From the IMG/VR virus record IMGVR_UViG_3300009008_000004, positions 18,004 through 82,003 of that record: DNA of 64,000 nt. The stretch is one strand, 5' to 3'. The stretch comes from a virus (taxonomy: Duplodnaviria > Heunggongvirae > Uroviricota > Caudoviricetes). A program made the position numbers and the translations under genes. Below are positions 1 to 9,551 of the stretch, piece after piece. Numbering within the stretch: the stretch's first letter is position 1; each line of letters begins with the position of its first letter. A model generated the notes under the pieces. That model saw only the letters and a program-made list of their open reading frames with translations, was not told where the DNA came from and did not search any database.

Positions 1-96
1 CAGAAGTGTACACGTTGCGTAGAGCCGGCAGAACAGTGCCCCTGGTTTATCTCCGAGCGGGACTCGGAAACACACGCAGGCTGTTGCCGGGGGACC

Positions 97-324
97 TTGG
101 GGTGGGAGGAGGAGGTAGGAGCCTTTATCTGCCTCCGACCGGACAACTCCCCCATAGTTAGGACCGTGCGGACTGTAAAAGGGACGACAAAGGATGTAGC
201 CCTAAACCTCCACGCAGACCCAAGGACATGGGAAGAGATGGAGGCCAAGGGCTACCGTGTAGTCCCCTGCACAATCCAGATACACCGGGGAAAAGACAAG
301 GAACGAGGTAAACCATGGCAGTAG
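97..324 (+). CDS. hypothetical protein
   Basis: 75-aa ORF in + strand gene array; no recognisable motif. Confidence 0.3.
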   Translation: MGWEEEVGAFICLRPDNSPIVRTVRTVKGTTKDVALNLHADPRTWEEMEAKGYRVVPCTIQIHRGKDKERGKPWQ

Positions 325-500
325 TCATCCTTGGAAGTGAAGATGAACACATTGAACCCGGGGAATTCCTGCTCATCTCTATGGATGAGTGGGACTCCTT
401 CCGGGAGGCCTTGAAGGAAGCCGGGCTCTACGAGTCCTTCAAAGAGAACGCCAACTTCAGCACCTACAAGATTAGGGTGAGCCCAGGACACGAGGAGTAA
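315..500 (+). CDS. hypothetical protein
   Basis: 61-aa ORF, acidic; abuts next gene. Confidence 0.3.
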   Translation: MAVVILGSEDEHIEPGEFLLISMDEWDSFREALKEAGLYESFKENANFSTYKIRVSPGHEE

Positions 501-506
501 GGAAAG

Positions 507-857
507 ATGCCCGAGCAATGCAAAAAATGCAAGCGAGATAAGACGGAGGCACATGATGCCGGCCTTTGGGTCGACGGATATTGTTCCACCTGCCAGCTTG
601 TCCTTGGGATGCTCAAACAAACAAAGCCCGAGGAGACCCTTGAGCTCCGTGTAACTCCCGAGAAGATCGCGGAGATCGCCTCCGCCAAGGGGAAGGGGGA
701 GTGCCCAGAATGTGGGCAAGTCGACGAACCCGCCGTCATCCGAGCCTTTAGCGGAGAACCGGATCCCGGGGTGCTCGCCGATTTCATCCGCGACTGGTGG
801 AAAATGCGCCACCACATAATCAAGCTGGAGAAAAGAGATGGACAAAAACAAGAGTAG
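507..857 (+). CDS. Zn-ribbon protein (CxxC...CxxC)
   Basis: CKKCKR...CSTC and CPECG cysteine pairs; RBS-like GGAAAG upstream. Confidence 0.45.
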   Translation: MPEQCKKCKRDKTEAHDAGLWVDGYCSTCQLVLGMLKQTKPEETLELRVTPEKIAEIASAKGKGECPECGQVDEPAVIRAFSGEPDPGVLADFIRDWWKMRHHIIKLEKRDGQKQE

Positions 858-1245
858 CTGCCCGCTGTGCGGGGCAGAAGTAGCAGTGGATGGTCCCGCA
901 TTTATCGCATTCCGATGTGGTAACCGCTACCGCAAAGATAGTGCGTTGAGCCCTCCCCGCCCGCAGGAATGTTGGCGTCGTGCGTATAAGGCTTTGGAGG
1001 CCCGTGCGCTCAAGGCTGAGGAGCTCAATGCCCACCTGTGCGAAGCATTGGAAGAAGCAGGCATCGACTCCTCTGCTATGAGGCAGGGAGAATGCCTCTA
1101 CAAGAAAGAGCTCGAGGAGCAGCGGCAGTTAGTCTCCGCTATTGAGCATGAAATGCAATCTGGCTGCGTGGCCGCGATTCCCGCGGATATTCGGGAACTC
1201 CACAGGAGGATAGCTACCCTGGAAGAAGCACTGCGCGAGAAATAG
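838..1245 (+). CDS. Zn-ribbon/coiled-coil protein
   Basis: CPLCG...RCGN cysteine pairs followed by helical heptad-like segment. Confidence 0.45.
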   Translation: MDKNKSSCPLCGAEVAVDGPAFIAFRCGNRYRKDSALSPPRPQECWRRAYKALEARALKAEELNAHLCEALEEAGIDSSAMRQGECLYKKELEEQRQLVSAIEHEMQSGCVAAIPADIRELHRRIATLEEALREK

Positions 1246-1274
1246 TACGCAGCGGGTATAAGGAGGATACGGTA

Positions 1275-1562
1275 ATGGGGACATCCCATATACAAGTAGA
1301 ACCCCAGCCAATACCTAAGAAGCTTGGCCTATGGCGGTGGTTGACGCGGTGGCTGCCGGGGCACTGTAAGTACTGCGGGAAACCGTATGTACCTGTGTAC
1401 AAAATGCCGGCCCCCTTCGTTCCCCTTGGAACGAGCGGGGCTGGCTGCCCTCTTGGCCATGTCGGTTACGTTAAGGGCTTCAACATCGGATACGGTCTTT
1501 TTAGGGATGAGTTTGATTACGTGAAGTACCCGCCAAGGGAAGAGGAGCTAAAGGATGGCTGA
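1275..1562 (+). CDS. hypothetical protein
   Basis: ATG 7 nt after AAGGAGGA; GGTATAAG box at 1255. Confidence 0.5.
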   Translation: MGTSHIQVEPQPIPKKLGLWRWLTRWLPGHCKYCGKPYVPVYKMPAPFVPLGTSGAGCPLGHVGYVKGFNIGYGLFRDEFDYVKYPPREEELKDG

Positions 1563-1977
1563 GTACCTAAATGACGTAGCGAAGGCGCGTCGGATTATCG
1601 ACGCCCACAAGAAAAGGACCATCCAACTAACAAAGCGAAGCATTATCGCTGACAAGACCATCGCGGTCTTCGAGCAAGCACTTGCCCATGCCGCGAAATT
1701 ATGCGGGAAGGGCTACCACGAACTCCTCAAAGAAGGAGAGCGCCTACTGCAGATGAAGAAAGATGGGCGTAAGCCTGGTGGTTTTACGATGTTCGACTAC
1801 CGCTTCGCGCAAATGGTGCCGACCGCGAAATACTACGGCGAGTGCCGTGTCTACGAGTGCGCACTCTGCGGGGTGCAGAGCAACTCAGTACAAAATGGGG
1901 CAGAACTCCGGCTCTGGTCTAACGCGCACTTATGTTTTGGAGATAAAAAAGATGAGCAAGGAAGGAAAGAGCCATGA
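1555..1977 (+). CDS. hypothetical protein
   Basis: 140-aa ORF overlapping upstream stop by 8 nt (coupled). Confidence 0.5.
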   Translation: MAEYLNDVAKARRIIDAHKKRTIQLTKRSIIADKTIAVFEQALAHAAKLCGKGYHELLKEGERLLQMKKDGRKPGGFTMFDYRFAQMVPTAKYYGECRVYECALCGVQSNSVQNGAELRLWSNAHLCFGDKKDEQGRKEP

Positions 1978-2708
1978 AACGTGCGGTGGGATACACACGA
2001 GAAAACCTTAGCCGGAACCCGAAGTATGAAACCTTCGATTTGATGTACGCCTTCGATTTCCAGGCAGAGAAACTGGTTGCAGAGACCTGCCCAGAAGTCG
2101 ACGGCAAAGAATTCTCCATAACTATGCTGGGCGACACCCGGAACCGACTCCGGGAACTACTCGGCCCCCCCGATTGGCAGCTCCAGGTGGGAACCCAGAG
2201 GAACGTCTACTGCGTAGCCGCAGCCGGTATGGATATCGCAATTGTCGCCTCCAAGCGTGGAACTAGTTTCGAGGGGATCCTTCCCGAGGGGATGGCTCGT
2301 CACAAGAACAGCGGGCAGCAGTATGTCCGTGCCAGCCGAGACAAGGCCGGTCGAGCACTTGGGGCTATCTACCATTTCTTAAAGACTGGGAATACCCAAG
2401 TGCGCTTCAAAGACATCAAGGAGCGGAACGCCAAGTTCCGGAAGATACTCGCCGACAGACCCATGCTGTGGAATGTTGGTTGTCAGGCGGATCGTCACTA
2501 CCTGGTGCGAATGGTCCTGGAGCTTGCAGCCTACGCCTCGAGCCTCCACGAGACGCCGAGTACGCTAAAGACCGCGGTTCCCCTGGAGGAGATTATCTCC
2601 TACATTGAGGGGCGGATCCCGGAGAAGCCCCACGTCGGCAGGCAGCAAACTATTGAGGGCGAGCCCCACTCTGAGCAGCTGAAGCGGTGGGTACGGAGGG
2701 AAGAATGA
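1974..2708 (+). CDS. hypothetical protein
   Basis: 244-aa ORF, ATGA overlap with upstream gene. Confidence 0.55.
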   Translation: MKRAVGYTRENLSRNPKYETFDLMYAFDFQAEKLVAETCPEVDGKEFSITMLGDTRNRLRELLGPPDWQLQVGTQRNVYCVAAAGMDIAIVASKRGTSFEGILPEGMARHKNSGQQYVRASRDKAGRALGAIYHFLKTGNTQVRFKDIKERNAKFRKILADRPMLWNVGCQADRHYLVRMVLELAAYASSLHETPSTLKTAVPLEEIISYIEGRIPEKPHVGRQQTIEGEPHSEQLKRWVRREE

Positions 2709-2929
2709 AAACGTGGAGAGTGGGTAAATTTGGGCACTTCTCTATCCAAGAGCTTGAAGTCGAAGAGCCTATGGAGGACTCCGAGTATGGGGCCTACTTT
2801 GAGTCACTTGAGCTCGCTATTGAGTACGCAAGATGGAGGATCGAGGGACACCTGGAAAGGGCAGAACATCAGGTGGCTTTTCTCAAGAGAGTCCTGCTTG
2901 ACTTCGAAAGAAAATACGGAAAGGGGTAG
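2705..2929 (+). CDS. hypothetical protein
   Basis: ATGA overlap start at 2705 (MKTWRV...). Confidence 0.45.
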   Translation: MKTWRVGKFGHFSIQELEVEEPMEDSEYGAYFESLELAIEYARWRIEGHLERAEHQVAFLKRVLLDFERKYGKG

Positions 2930-2932
2930 GGG

Positions 2933-3100
2933 ATGAAGGTTAAAAAGAAGGCCCCGAACCAACACACACCCAAGGTGTATGACTGGCCAGGGAGAGAAGA
3001 GCAGCTGGCACGCATCCGACTAAAGATCGGGCGTGTGTGCCGGGGAGAACTTGAAATCAGTCCCTTTGCCTGGCGTAGGCCCAGCAAGGAGGAAACATGA
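2933..3100 (+). CDS. small basic hypothetical protein (55 aa)
   Basis: hand-translated ORF MKVKKKAPNQ...; GGGG before ATG; below 60-aa ORF track cutoff. Confidence 0.3.
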   Translation: MKVKKKAPNQHTPKVYDWPGREEQLARIRLKIGRVCRGELEISPFAWRRPSKEET

Positions 3101-3276
3101 ACCCAAACATGATGCCCACAAGCGCTAATGCCATAGTAGAAGCGTGGCACAAATCATGGGAAGAGGATGTAAAGCACACCGAGAAATTGGCGAAAGTGCG
3201 GGACCCGCGGGAATTGAAACGCGGGCGGTTCGCACAGATCGAGGAGATGAAACAACGACGGCTGGAACAACAATGA
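3097..3276 (+). CDS. small hypothetical protein (59 aa)
   Basis: ATGA overlap with preceding small ORF; followed by terminator hairpin. Confidence 0.3.
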   Translation: MNPNMMPTSANAIVEAWHKSWEEDVKHTEKLAKVRDPRELKRGRFAQIEEMKQRRLEQQ

Positions 3277-3287
3277 AAAAGGGCTAA

Positions 3288-3306
3288 GGGAGGAAACTCC
3301 CTTTTT
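3288..3306 (+). terminator. rho-independent terminator (GGGAGG-aaa-CTCCC + T5)
   Basis: hairpin followed by TTTTT directly after 3276 stop. Confidence 0.55.
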
Positions 3307-3320
3307 ATCTCATTGAGATA
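3306..3320. promoter_or_regulatory. palindromic operator-like site TATCTCA-TTGAGATA
   Basis: perfect inverted repeat overlapping a TTGAGA -35-like hexamer 18-19 bp upstream of TATAAG. Confidence 0.45.
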
Positions 3321-3335
3321 TTTGGGGCTATGCCG

Positions 3336-3343
3336 GGTATAAG
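3336..3343 (+). promoter_or_regulatory. GGTATAAG box (putative -10-like promoter element)
   Basis: recurrent 8-mer in + strand intergenic regions; here 39 nt upstream of ATG 3375. Confidence 0.4.
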
Positions 3344-3374
3344 AAGGGTAGATAACCAAACGGAGGACAATACA

Positions 3375-4982
3375 ATGAAGACGTTCGAGACCCCACCGGA
3401 ACGGTGCCCCTTCTGCGATAGCATTGCGCTGATGCGCAGTAAAGGCGGGGATCGTGTGCTCTACTCCTGTCGGACAGAGGTCCTGCTCGTGGGAGGGAGG
3501 ATGTCCGAGGAGCGCATGAAGGATGGTGCGGACCGCGCCAAGGAGTGTGCCTTGCGAGAACTGCAGGAGACAAAAAAGCAGCTCGCTGCGCAGGCAACCA
3601 ACGGCGGCAACGCCCAATCCCAGGAACTCGAGGATATACTCGTTTGGATGGGCTGGAAGGACAGGGAAAGCCTCAGCGAATTTGAGGGTCGGTTCACGGA
3701 AGAATGGGGGGAGCTCCGACGTGCGTATGATCGCGAGCAGGAAATCCTTGAGAGATTCTCCATCCCCAAGAAGCTGTCGTTCGCAGAGTTTATTGAGCGT
3801 ACATGCGCTGATGAAAAGCTCAGCCGGGAGACCTTGGAAAAGATGCTCCGCGACGATCGGGCACTGCGCAAGAAATTTGGTGCCAGGGAGGGCGAGAGTA
3901 CGCATACTTTCGTCCAACGCCTCTACACGGAAGCGAACAGCCCCCTCGCCGAAGAAATGGTCTCCCTGGAGGAGGACAATTCGCGGTTAATCCAGGACGC
4001 CGCGAAAGCCCACACCGATGCCCAGAGGCTTGAGGACGAGCTCAAGATAGCTCAGGCAACTATCGATGCGCTGATACAGGGCAACAAGACAATTCGAAAG
4101 CAATTCGGTGCCCGCGAGAACGAAGAGATGTTCCACTTTGTCCAGCGCCTCCACGAGGGCTACACTGCCTACGAACGGGATGATACTAAGTTTCTTTTCG
4201 ACGTCGGGAAGGAGATGTCGGAGCTCCTGCAGGAATACGACAAGCTGGAAGGGGAAACCCTCCGGGAATGGATTGCCCGCCTGCACGCGGGATACCGCGG
4301 GGAGAAGGAAAAAGACTCCACGGACGACACTGTCCACCTGAAGCGCATTACGGTCCACACCACCGCGTACAAGGAAGAGGTACTCTACATCCCCGCCGAC
4401 CTACCGGACTGCCGTGCCTTTGTACACGAACGGTCCAAAGAGGGGCTCCCCGTCTGCTGTAGCACCGCTAAGGAAGGACAGAACTGCGTCTACTTCGGGG
4501 GTTTGATAGGAGATACGCAGGTCCTCTGCGACCAAACGCCTCGCAAGGAAAAAGAGAACACGCGAACCCTGCGTGTACACCGCTCAGACGATGCGGACGA
4601 AGATACACTCTTCGCACCAACCTGCCCGAGCAAGCCTGCTGGTGGGCGTTGCGCTGAACCACGAGGAGTTGAATGTACCTACTTTCGTGGGGCCGCTACC
4701 TCCCCCACGGAGAGTTCGTGGACTACTGCTGAGTGTGCATGCCCAACCGAGGAAGTAAAGCAGCCGCGAAGTATCACTATCCCAACAGCCTACTTGGATG
4801 GCGTCGGGGGAGCCAAAGAGCTGCGAGCCAGCCCACTAACGGCATGCCCCGATGGTACCCGCAGCTTCTGTATGCGGGGAGAGGACAAATGCCCGCACCT
4901 GGGGCCGTGGGAGAAGGATGCCGAAGGCCGCGCAACATGCCACTACCACGAGGACCTCGATGAGGTGCGTGGTCGAGGGTAG
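3375..4982 (+). CDS. large Zn-ribbon/coiled-coil protein with internal repeats and Cys-rich C-terminus
   Basis: N-terminal CPFCDS...CRTE; repeated (R/K)KFGARExE...FVQRL(Y/H) units; many Cys in last 150 aa; RBS GGAGGA. Confidence 0.6.
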   Translation: MKTFETPPERCPFCDSIALMRSKGGDRVLYSCRTEVLLVGGRMSEERMKDGADRAKECALRELQETKKQLAAQATNGGNAQSQELEDILVWMGWKDRESLSEFEGRFTEEWGELRRAYDREQEILERFSIPKKLSFAEFIERTCADEKLSRETLEKMLRDDRALRKKFGAREGESTHTFVQRLYTEANSPLAEEMVSLEEDNSRLIQDAAKAHTDAQRLEDELKIAQATIDALIQGNKTIRKQFGARENEEMFHFVQRLHEGYTAYERDDTKFLFDVGKEMSELLQEYDKLEGETLREWIARLHAGYRGEKEKDSTDDTVHLKRITVHTTAYKEEVLYIPADLPDCRAFVHERSKEGLPVCCSTAKEGQNCVYFGGLIGDTQVLCDQTPRKEKENTRTLRVHRSDDADEDTLFAPTCPSKPAGGRCAEPRGVECTYFRGAATSPTESSWTTAECACPTEEVKQPRSITIPTAYLDGVGGAKELRASPLTACPDGTRSFCMRGEDKCPHLGPWEKDAEGRATCHYHEDLDEVRGRG

Positions 4983-5031
4983 ATGAGCCAGGGGTCCCCC
5001 GGGGAAACTCGGGGGCCCCGCAGGAGATAGA

Positions 5032-5313
5032 ATGGCGAAGCAATTATCCTTTGATGAAAGAACTGCAAACCTTGTAGAGAGAATCAAGCAAGACTTCGGC
5101 CCCGATGGGGAAGCCTTCTGGTGCGCAAATTGTGGGGCGTCTAACCTCGCTAAATTCGAGGTCCGCCGACGAGCATTCGGGGCCGAAGTTATCACCGAAT
5201 GCGCAGACTGCGCATGCCGCGAGACAACGTGGATAGCCCTTGCGAAGGAAGAAACAAAGAAACCGAAAACCCGCCTGCAGAAGATACAGGAGACACATGG
5301 CAAAGAAACGTAA
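5032..5313 (+). CDS. Zn-ribbon protein
   Basis: CANCG...CADCAC. Confidence 0.45.
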   Translation: MAKQLSFDERTANLVERIKQDFGPDGEAFWCANCGASNLAKFEVRRRAFGAEVITECADCACRETTWIALAKEETKKPKTRLQKIQETHGKET

Positions 5314-5794
5314 AAAGAAGCGGATGAAGCGGGGGCCGACCCAAGTTCAAGCCTGTATCGCCGACCGGAAGCGTACGGGGGTACGGTGCGGATCCTGCCC
5401 TCTCTGCGCCAAAGAGAACTCCCGGGCCTTACTCGCCCTCGACCTACTGCTTGAAGCGACCAAGCGCTTCAAAGCTAATGAGATCAACACCCTGCTAAAA
5501 GAGGCGCAGTACCTAGCTGATACCTTCACCAGGATAGACTATGGGGTGCACACACCTACAGAGTACGAAATGGGGTTACTCCAAGAGGTCGAGAGAGCGG
5601 AAGCACTCTCGGCGGAGAGGGACCGAGTTTTGCGGGCTATGTCGGGACAAAGACGCATCCCCCCCGAAAGGTTCGACGAGTTCGAGGAGGAGCACATAAG
5701 TAAGATCCGCCAGATCCTGCCCGCACTAGTGGAGGGGCTTCCCGAAGAACTGCCTCCCATCCTCACCCTCCCAGGTGCGGAAGAAGAAGAATGA
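5297..5794 (+). CDS. hypothetical protein with highly basic N-terminus
   Basis: MAKKRKKKRMKRG...; in-frame ATG after upstream gene; acidic C-terminus. Confidence 0.45.
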   Translation: MAKKRKKKRMKRGPTQVQACIADRKRTGVRCGSCPLCAKENSRALLALDLLLEATKRFKANEINTLLKEAQYLADTFTRIDYGVHTPTEYEMGLLQEVERAEALSAERDRVLRAMSGQRRIPPERFDEFEEEHISKIRQILPALVEGLPEELPPILTLPGAEEEE

Positions 5795-5801
5795 GTAGTG
5801 C

Positions 5802-5825
5802 GTAGGGCTTCGGCCCTACTTTTAT
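5802..5825 (+). terminator. rho-independent terminator (GTAGGGC-ttcg-GCCCTAC + T-run)
   Basis: 7-bp GC stem, TTCG loop, then TTTTAT. Confidence 0.55.
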
Positions 5826-5889
5826 CTATAATGGATATTTTTGTGGGAAAGGCGATAGAAATCGATAGAATGGGAACAGAGAGGGACCA

Positions 5890-6069
5890 ATGAAGATCAA
5901 CGCAACCAGGATGTTCACCGTACTCGTGGACCTGGATGAGTCTGAGGATGAAGTGGAACTAACCGCGAGGTATCATCTCCCCGAGCATTTAGAGATGTAC
6001 GCTCCTGAGATCGCCGCCCAGCTCTACACTATCGCCAACGAAATCTTCAACAGAGAGGAGTTCCACTAA
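5890..6069 (+). CDS. small acidic hypothetical protein (59 aa)
   Basis: hand-translated ORF MKINATRMFTVLVDLDESEDE...; TAATG overlap with next gene. Confidence 0.3.
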   Translation: MKINATRMFTVLVDLDESEDEVELTARYHLPEHLEMYAPEIAAQLYTIANEIFNREEFH

Positions 6070-6611
6070 TGAAGAAACCGAAGAAAGATGAGGTTTGGAC
6101 GGAACACCCCTCCCACTTCGCGTTTACAGAGGGCTCTCCTACCACAGAACCTGCAGACAAAGTCGGCACATCCATCACCTATGAGCAGGTTGCGGCTACA
6201 CCCCTCGTCCCTGCACCCTCGTCCCCACCGTACACAATTACAACTACAGGAACCCCAAAAGCTTGGGAGCCCCCGCCAGCGTGGGAGCAAAACATCCTCA
6301 GCGCAATGGGCGTCCCTCCTTCAGTCCTCTATCCAGGCGCAGGAGCCCAACAAGCACTCTTGGGCATGCAAATAGAGCAGGCCAAGCAGATGGCGGAAAT
6401 AGCCGCGCAAGAACTCTACATGGAGGGTATAAGTCCTGTAGAAGACCTTCAAGGCAAAGTCGAAAAGGACATGCAGCAGATGATGGACGAGGAGGTTATA
6501 AAGCAGCTCATTAAGATATCAGCTGGGGCGAATACGCCTAAGAAACGCATTGGCCGGCTCAAGAAGATTGCCCAGAGGATGAAGGATGAGGAAACCGAGA
6601 AAGAAGACTAA
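6069..6611 (+). CDS. hypothetical protein (Pro/Thr-rich N-terminal half, helical C-terminal half)
   Basis: 180-aa ORF. Confidence 0.45.
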   Translation: MKKPKKDEVWTEHPSHFAFTEGSPTTEPADKVGTSITYEQVAATPLVPAPSSPPYTITTTGTPKAWEPPPAWEQNILSAMGVPPSVLYPGAGAQQALLGMQIEQAKQMAEIAAQELYMEGISPVEDLQGKVEKDMQQMMDEEVIKQLIKISAGANTPKKRIGRLKKIAQRMKDEETEKED

Positions 6612-7419
6612 AGACATACAGTGGTTCTCGTGGGATAACATTACCAATGTGGTTGGCGCGGGCTTCGCTAACCTCAAAGGTGTAGAGAAGCTCGAACTAC
6701 ACGGCGAGAAGGACATTAAAGGCACAACTTGCGACGGGGTAGTCGTGGATGAGGTAGCGTTCAACGACACATTTGTTCAGGCCTTAGAGGGGGAAGCAAA
6801 GGAAGAGAAAGCCAAGAACAACTCATTCGCTAAGGCAATGGCAGCCTCAGTGATGGAGGCGGTCAACGCGACCTCCCTCATGTCTAAGCTACTACCTGCG
6901 AAACCGATAAACTCTCAAAACGAGACTATAGAGTTGTGTAATCTGACCAACAAACTTGGTTACGGCTACGCAGATTTCACGGAAGAGGAGCGCGAGGCCC
7001 TCAAGATAGCACACGCCAATCGACCCATTGCAGACCTCAAGATGCTCGCAGACAATATTACGAAGTATAAGAAAATCTTCATCGGGAAGGTGGCAATATT
7101 GCATGAGCTCTTGAATAGCATCCCCGACTACGAAATACACCAGCACGAATTGGCAGCCTACTTCGACCATGGGTACTCAGTTGCATTGAAAGCATTAGCA
7201 AAAGACCCGGGGCTCCACTTCCCCGAAAGCCTGCACACGTATGGGCAGCTGGAGGTAGAGAGTGTTGATAAAGAGCAGGGGATAGCCACTATACTCTACG
7301 CCCCGCCGATCGCCGCCCAATATATTCAAGTGGGATTCACAATACCTGGTAAGAAGGAGACCAGACTACAAAAGATAAGGAGGAGAGTTGAAGAAGATCA
7401 GAAAAAAGCGAAAGGGTAG
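6586..7419 (+). CDS. hypothetical protein
   Basis: 277-aa ORF. Confidence 0.5.
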   Translation: MRKPRKKTKDIQWFSWDNITNVVGAGFANLKGVEKLELHGEKDIKGTTCDGVVVDEVAFNDTFVQALEGEAKEEKAKNNSFAKAMAASVMEAVNATSLMSKLLPAKPINSQNETIELCNLTNKLGYGYADFTEEEREALKIAHANRPIADLKMLADNITKYKKIFIGKVAILHELLNSIPDYEIHQHELAAYFDHGYSVALKALAKDPGLHFPESLHTYGQLEVESVDKEQGIATILYAPPIAAQYIQVGFTIPGKKETRLQKIRRRVEEDQKKAKG

Positions 7420-7735
7420 ACCAGTAACTGGGGAGCAGATCACAGCGGAGGTCGAGCGTTTGAAGGCGGCGCACAACCTCTCTAATGTCTACATGTACCC
7501 AAGCCCGGATGGGCAAGTCCACTTGGGTACACGGGAAGAACTGAACGCAGTAATTACCTGGCTACCCTGGGATTTGATTGAACTTGCGCAACAGGGAGAA
7601 CAACAAGAGGGGGACGATGAGCAAGACACCAAGGCCGGCTACATTACAATGGACGGGGGAGAACCTGCACGAAGTGATACTGATGGTGGGGAAGAGGAGA
7701 ATCCCGAACCTGTGGCTGAGCCAGTCGGGGGATAA
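7388..7735 (+). CDS. hypothetical protein with acidic tail
   Basis: MKKIRKKRKG... basic N-terminus, DTDGGEEENPEP tail. Confidence 0.4.
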   Translation: MKKIRKKRKGRPVTGEQITAEVERLKAAHNLSNVYMYPSPDGQVHLGTREELNAVITWLPWDLIELAQQGEQQEGDDEQDTKAGYITMDGGEPARSDTDGGEEENPEPVAEPVGG

Positions 7736-7889
7736 CTTGGTGTTCGGCAAACAGTCAGAAGTAAATGTAGCACAACCGGGAGACCACCTAGTGTGCAAGG
7801 GTGGAGAATTATTCAATCGAGATAAAATGCCAGCAGAAAGGGAACAAACCATTTGCAGGGTCTTTGATTACTTCCCGGGAGGGGACTAA
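7617..7889 (+). CDS. hypothetical protein
   Basis: protein-like ORF (MSKTPRPATLQWTGENLHEV...) overlapping previous ORF out of frame; start uncertain. Confidence 0.3.
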   Translation: MSKTPRPATLQWTGENLHEVILMVGKRRIPNLWLSQSGDNLVFGKQSEVNVAQPGDHLVCKGGELFNRDKMPAEREQTICRVFDYFPGGD

Positions 7890-8077
7890 TGAAGAAGGGG
7901 GAGCTATTGTACACGTTGAACACCCTCACCTCATCTGTTGACGTGTTAGCTATGTCTATGGTCCTCACCATTGATGAGGAGGAGCACCCGAAGCTTAAGA
8001 GGAAGATAAAGGAGTTGCGGAAGCAGACCCGCGAACTATCAGATGCTCTGCAAAAGGCAACGGAGATTTACAAATGA
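7889..8077 (+). CDS. small hypothetical protein
   Basis: 62-aa ORF, ATGA overlap. Confidence 0.4.
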   Translation: MKKGELLYTLNTLTSSVDVLAMSMVLTIDEEEHPKLKRKIKELRKQTRELSDALQKATEIYK

Positions 8078-8165
8078 AACGATACTGGGCCCACCTCAAG
8101 TATGTTACACGGCACAACCGGGTACAACGACTCGTTAGCAGGTACTACTCAGGAGAGGGAAAAGC

Positions 8166-8420
8166 ATGATAAAGAGCACGTACAAGGTCGAGCTCATACC
8201 AGAAGAGTGTTGTGACTACTGTCACGATATCATCCACACCCACTTCGAGGCCTGCCCCATCTGTCATGCTAAGTACGCGGGAACGTCATGCTATGGTGCC
8301 TCCTGGGAAGAAGAGGTTGGTGATGAGATCAGCTGTCTCGAGTGCAATGCTCTCTTCATCATCCGCAAGAAGATGGACGATAATTTTGAGTATACGCTTG
8401 AGCATGTGGAGGGCAAATGA
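8166..8420 (+). CDS. Zn-finger protein
   Basis: CCDYCHD...CPICH...CLECN. Confidence 0.5.
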   Translation: MIKSTYKVELIPEECCDYCHDIIHTHFEACPICHAKYAGTSCYGASWEEEVGDEISCLECNALFIIRKKMDDNFEYTLEHVEGK

Positions 8421-8584
8421 AGACGTGTCCTTACTGTGAGGAGAAACTCCGAAACCCTATGACCTTTAGATGCGGGTCCCACTACGCATTCTTCAGTGCT
8501 ACTAAAATCAACCGGAGTAAGAGATGTTTGCAGATTGAAAATGCAAGGCTGAAGAGAAGGGTACGGGAATTGGAGGAGAAATAG
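8417..8584 (+). CDS. small Zn-ribbon protein (55 aa)
   Basis: MKTCPYCEEKL...FRCGSHY; ATGA overlap with upstream gene. Confidence 0.35.
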   Translation: MKTCPYCEEKLRNPMTFRCGSHYAFFSATKINRSKRCLQIENARLKRRVRELEEK

Positions 8585-9259
8585 ATGAAAGTGATAATCG
8601 CCGGCTCCCGAGACCTCGACAACGTGTCCCACACCCTGGAGAGTAAGGTCACATTTGTGGAGCAAGTTGTAACTAACAGTGGGATGGGCGTTACAAAAGT
8701 ACTCTGCGGGGGCGCTAAAGGCGCAGACCAGTGGGGCAAAGCGTGGGCTATGTCCAGGCACCTCCCCGTAGAGGTCTACACCGCCAACTGGCAAGATTAC
8801 GGTAAAGCCGCAGGGATGATCCGCAACAATGCGATGGCAGACGACGCAGATGGGCTCATCCTTATCTGGGACGGAAAATCCCGGGGCTCCGCACATATGA
8901 AAAAGGCGGCGAAACTCCGTAACCTGTTCGTACACGAACAGTTGATGGATATTCCCCCAATTGAGGGGAAAATCAGAACCAAAACAATGTTCAAGAAAGT
9001 TGTGCATACCTTTGCTGCAGAAGAAGGGTTCCAACTACACTGCTTCTACATCGATACAAAAGGATGGGATGTTGTCCTTGCAGGCCTAGATACGGGCAAC
9101 AACTCCGCTAAACACGCAACGTATACCCTGCGGGAGTGTAAGACCCCCAAACAAAGGGACTGGTGGAAGGCGAGATTCACTGAATGGCTACCGGAGTTGG
9201 TGGCAGGCTACACCAGCAACTCGAAGGCCTATAAGAAGCTACATCTAAAGTGGGACTAG
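8585..9259 (+). CDS. SLOG-type (DprA/LOG-like, DUF2493-like) Rossmann-fold protein with C-terminal extension
   Basis: IIAGSRD...GGAKGADQWG...LILIWDGKSRGS pattern typical of YspA/DprA-like SLOG domains. Confidence 0.45.
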   Translation: MKVIIAGSRDLDNVSHTLESKVTFVEQVVTNSGMGVTKVLCGGAKGADQWGKAWAMSRHLPVEVYTANWQDYGKAAGMIRNNAMADDADGLILIWDGKSRGSAHMKKAAKLRNLFVHEQLMDIPPIEGKIRTKTMFKKVVHTFAAEEGFQLHCFYIDTKGWDVVLAGLDTGNNSAKHATYTLRECKTPKQRDWWKARFTEWLPELVAGYTSNSKAYKKLHLKWD

Positions 9260-9287
9260 GAGGAAGAATGGTAACCAAAAAGCAACT

Positions 9288-9551
9288 ATGTATGGAGGGA
9301 TGATGTCAGTTATAGAGCTGAAAAGACAGGCGCTGAAAGAGGAACTGCTCGAGGCTAAGTTGAGCGCAGAGTGGTTTATCGAAATGATGCGGAAGAACCT
9401 GGAGATCCAGCTCGAAGAGTTGAGAGGTGCTCCCCTTGAATTCCCCGAAATCTCAGTACTCGGCGGATTGGAATTCATGGGGAACACCTTGAATGCTCTC
9501 GGGCGCTACGAGAGTTTACGCAAACAATTTACCTTGGAGGGAAAAGAATGA
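9288..9551 (+). CDS. hypothetical coiled-coil protein
   Basis: 87-aa ORF, ATGA overlap with next gene. Confidence 0.4.
   Translation: MYGGMMSVIELKRQALKEELLEAKLSAEWFIEMMRKNLEIQLEELRGAPLEFPEISVLGGLEFMGNTLNALGRYESLRKQFTLEGKE

Noticed and set aside
3057-3917. 286-aa minus-strand ORF
   Set aside because: Antisense to small + genes and the 5' half of gene 3375; no RBS; the + genes show coupled ATGA overlaps and a leader motif.
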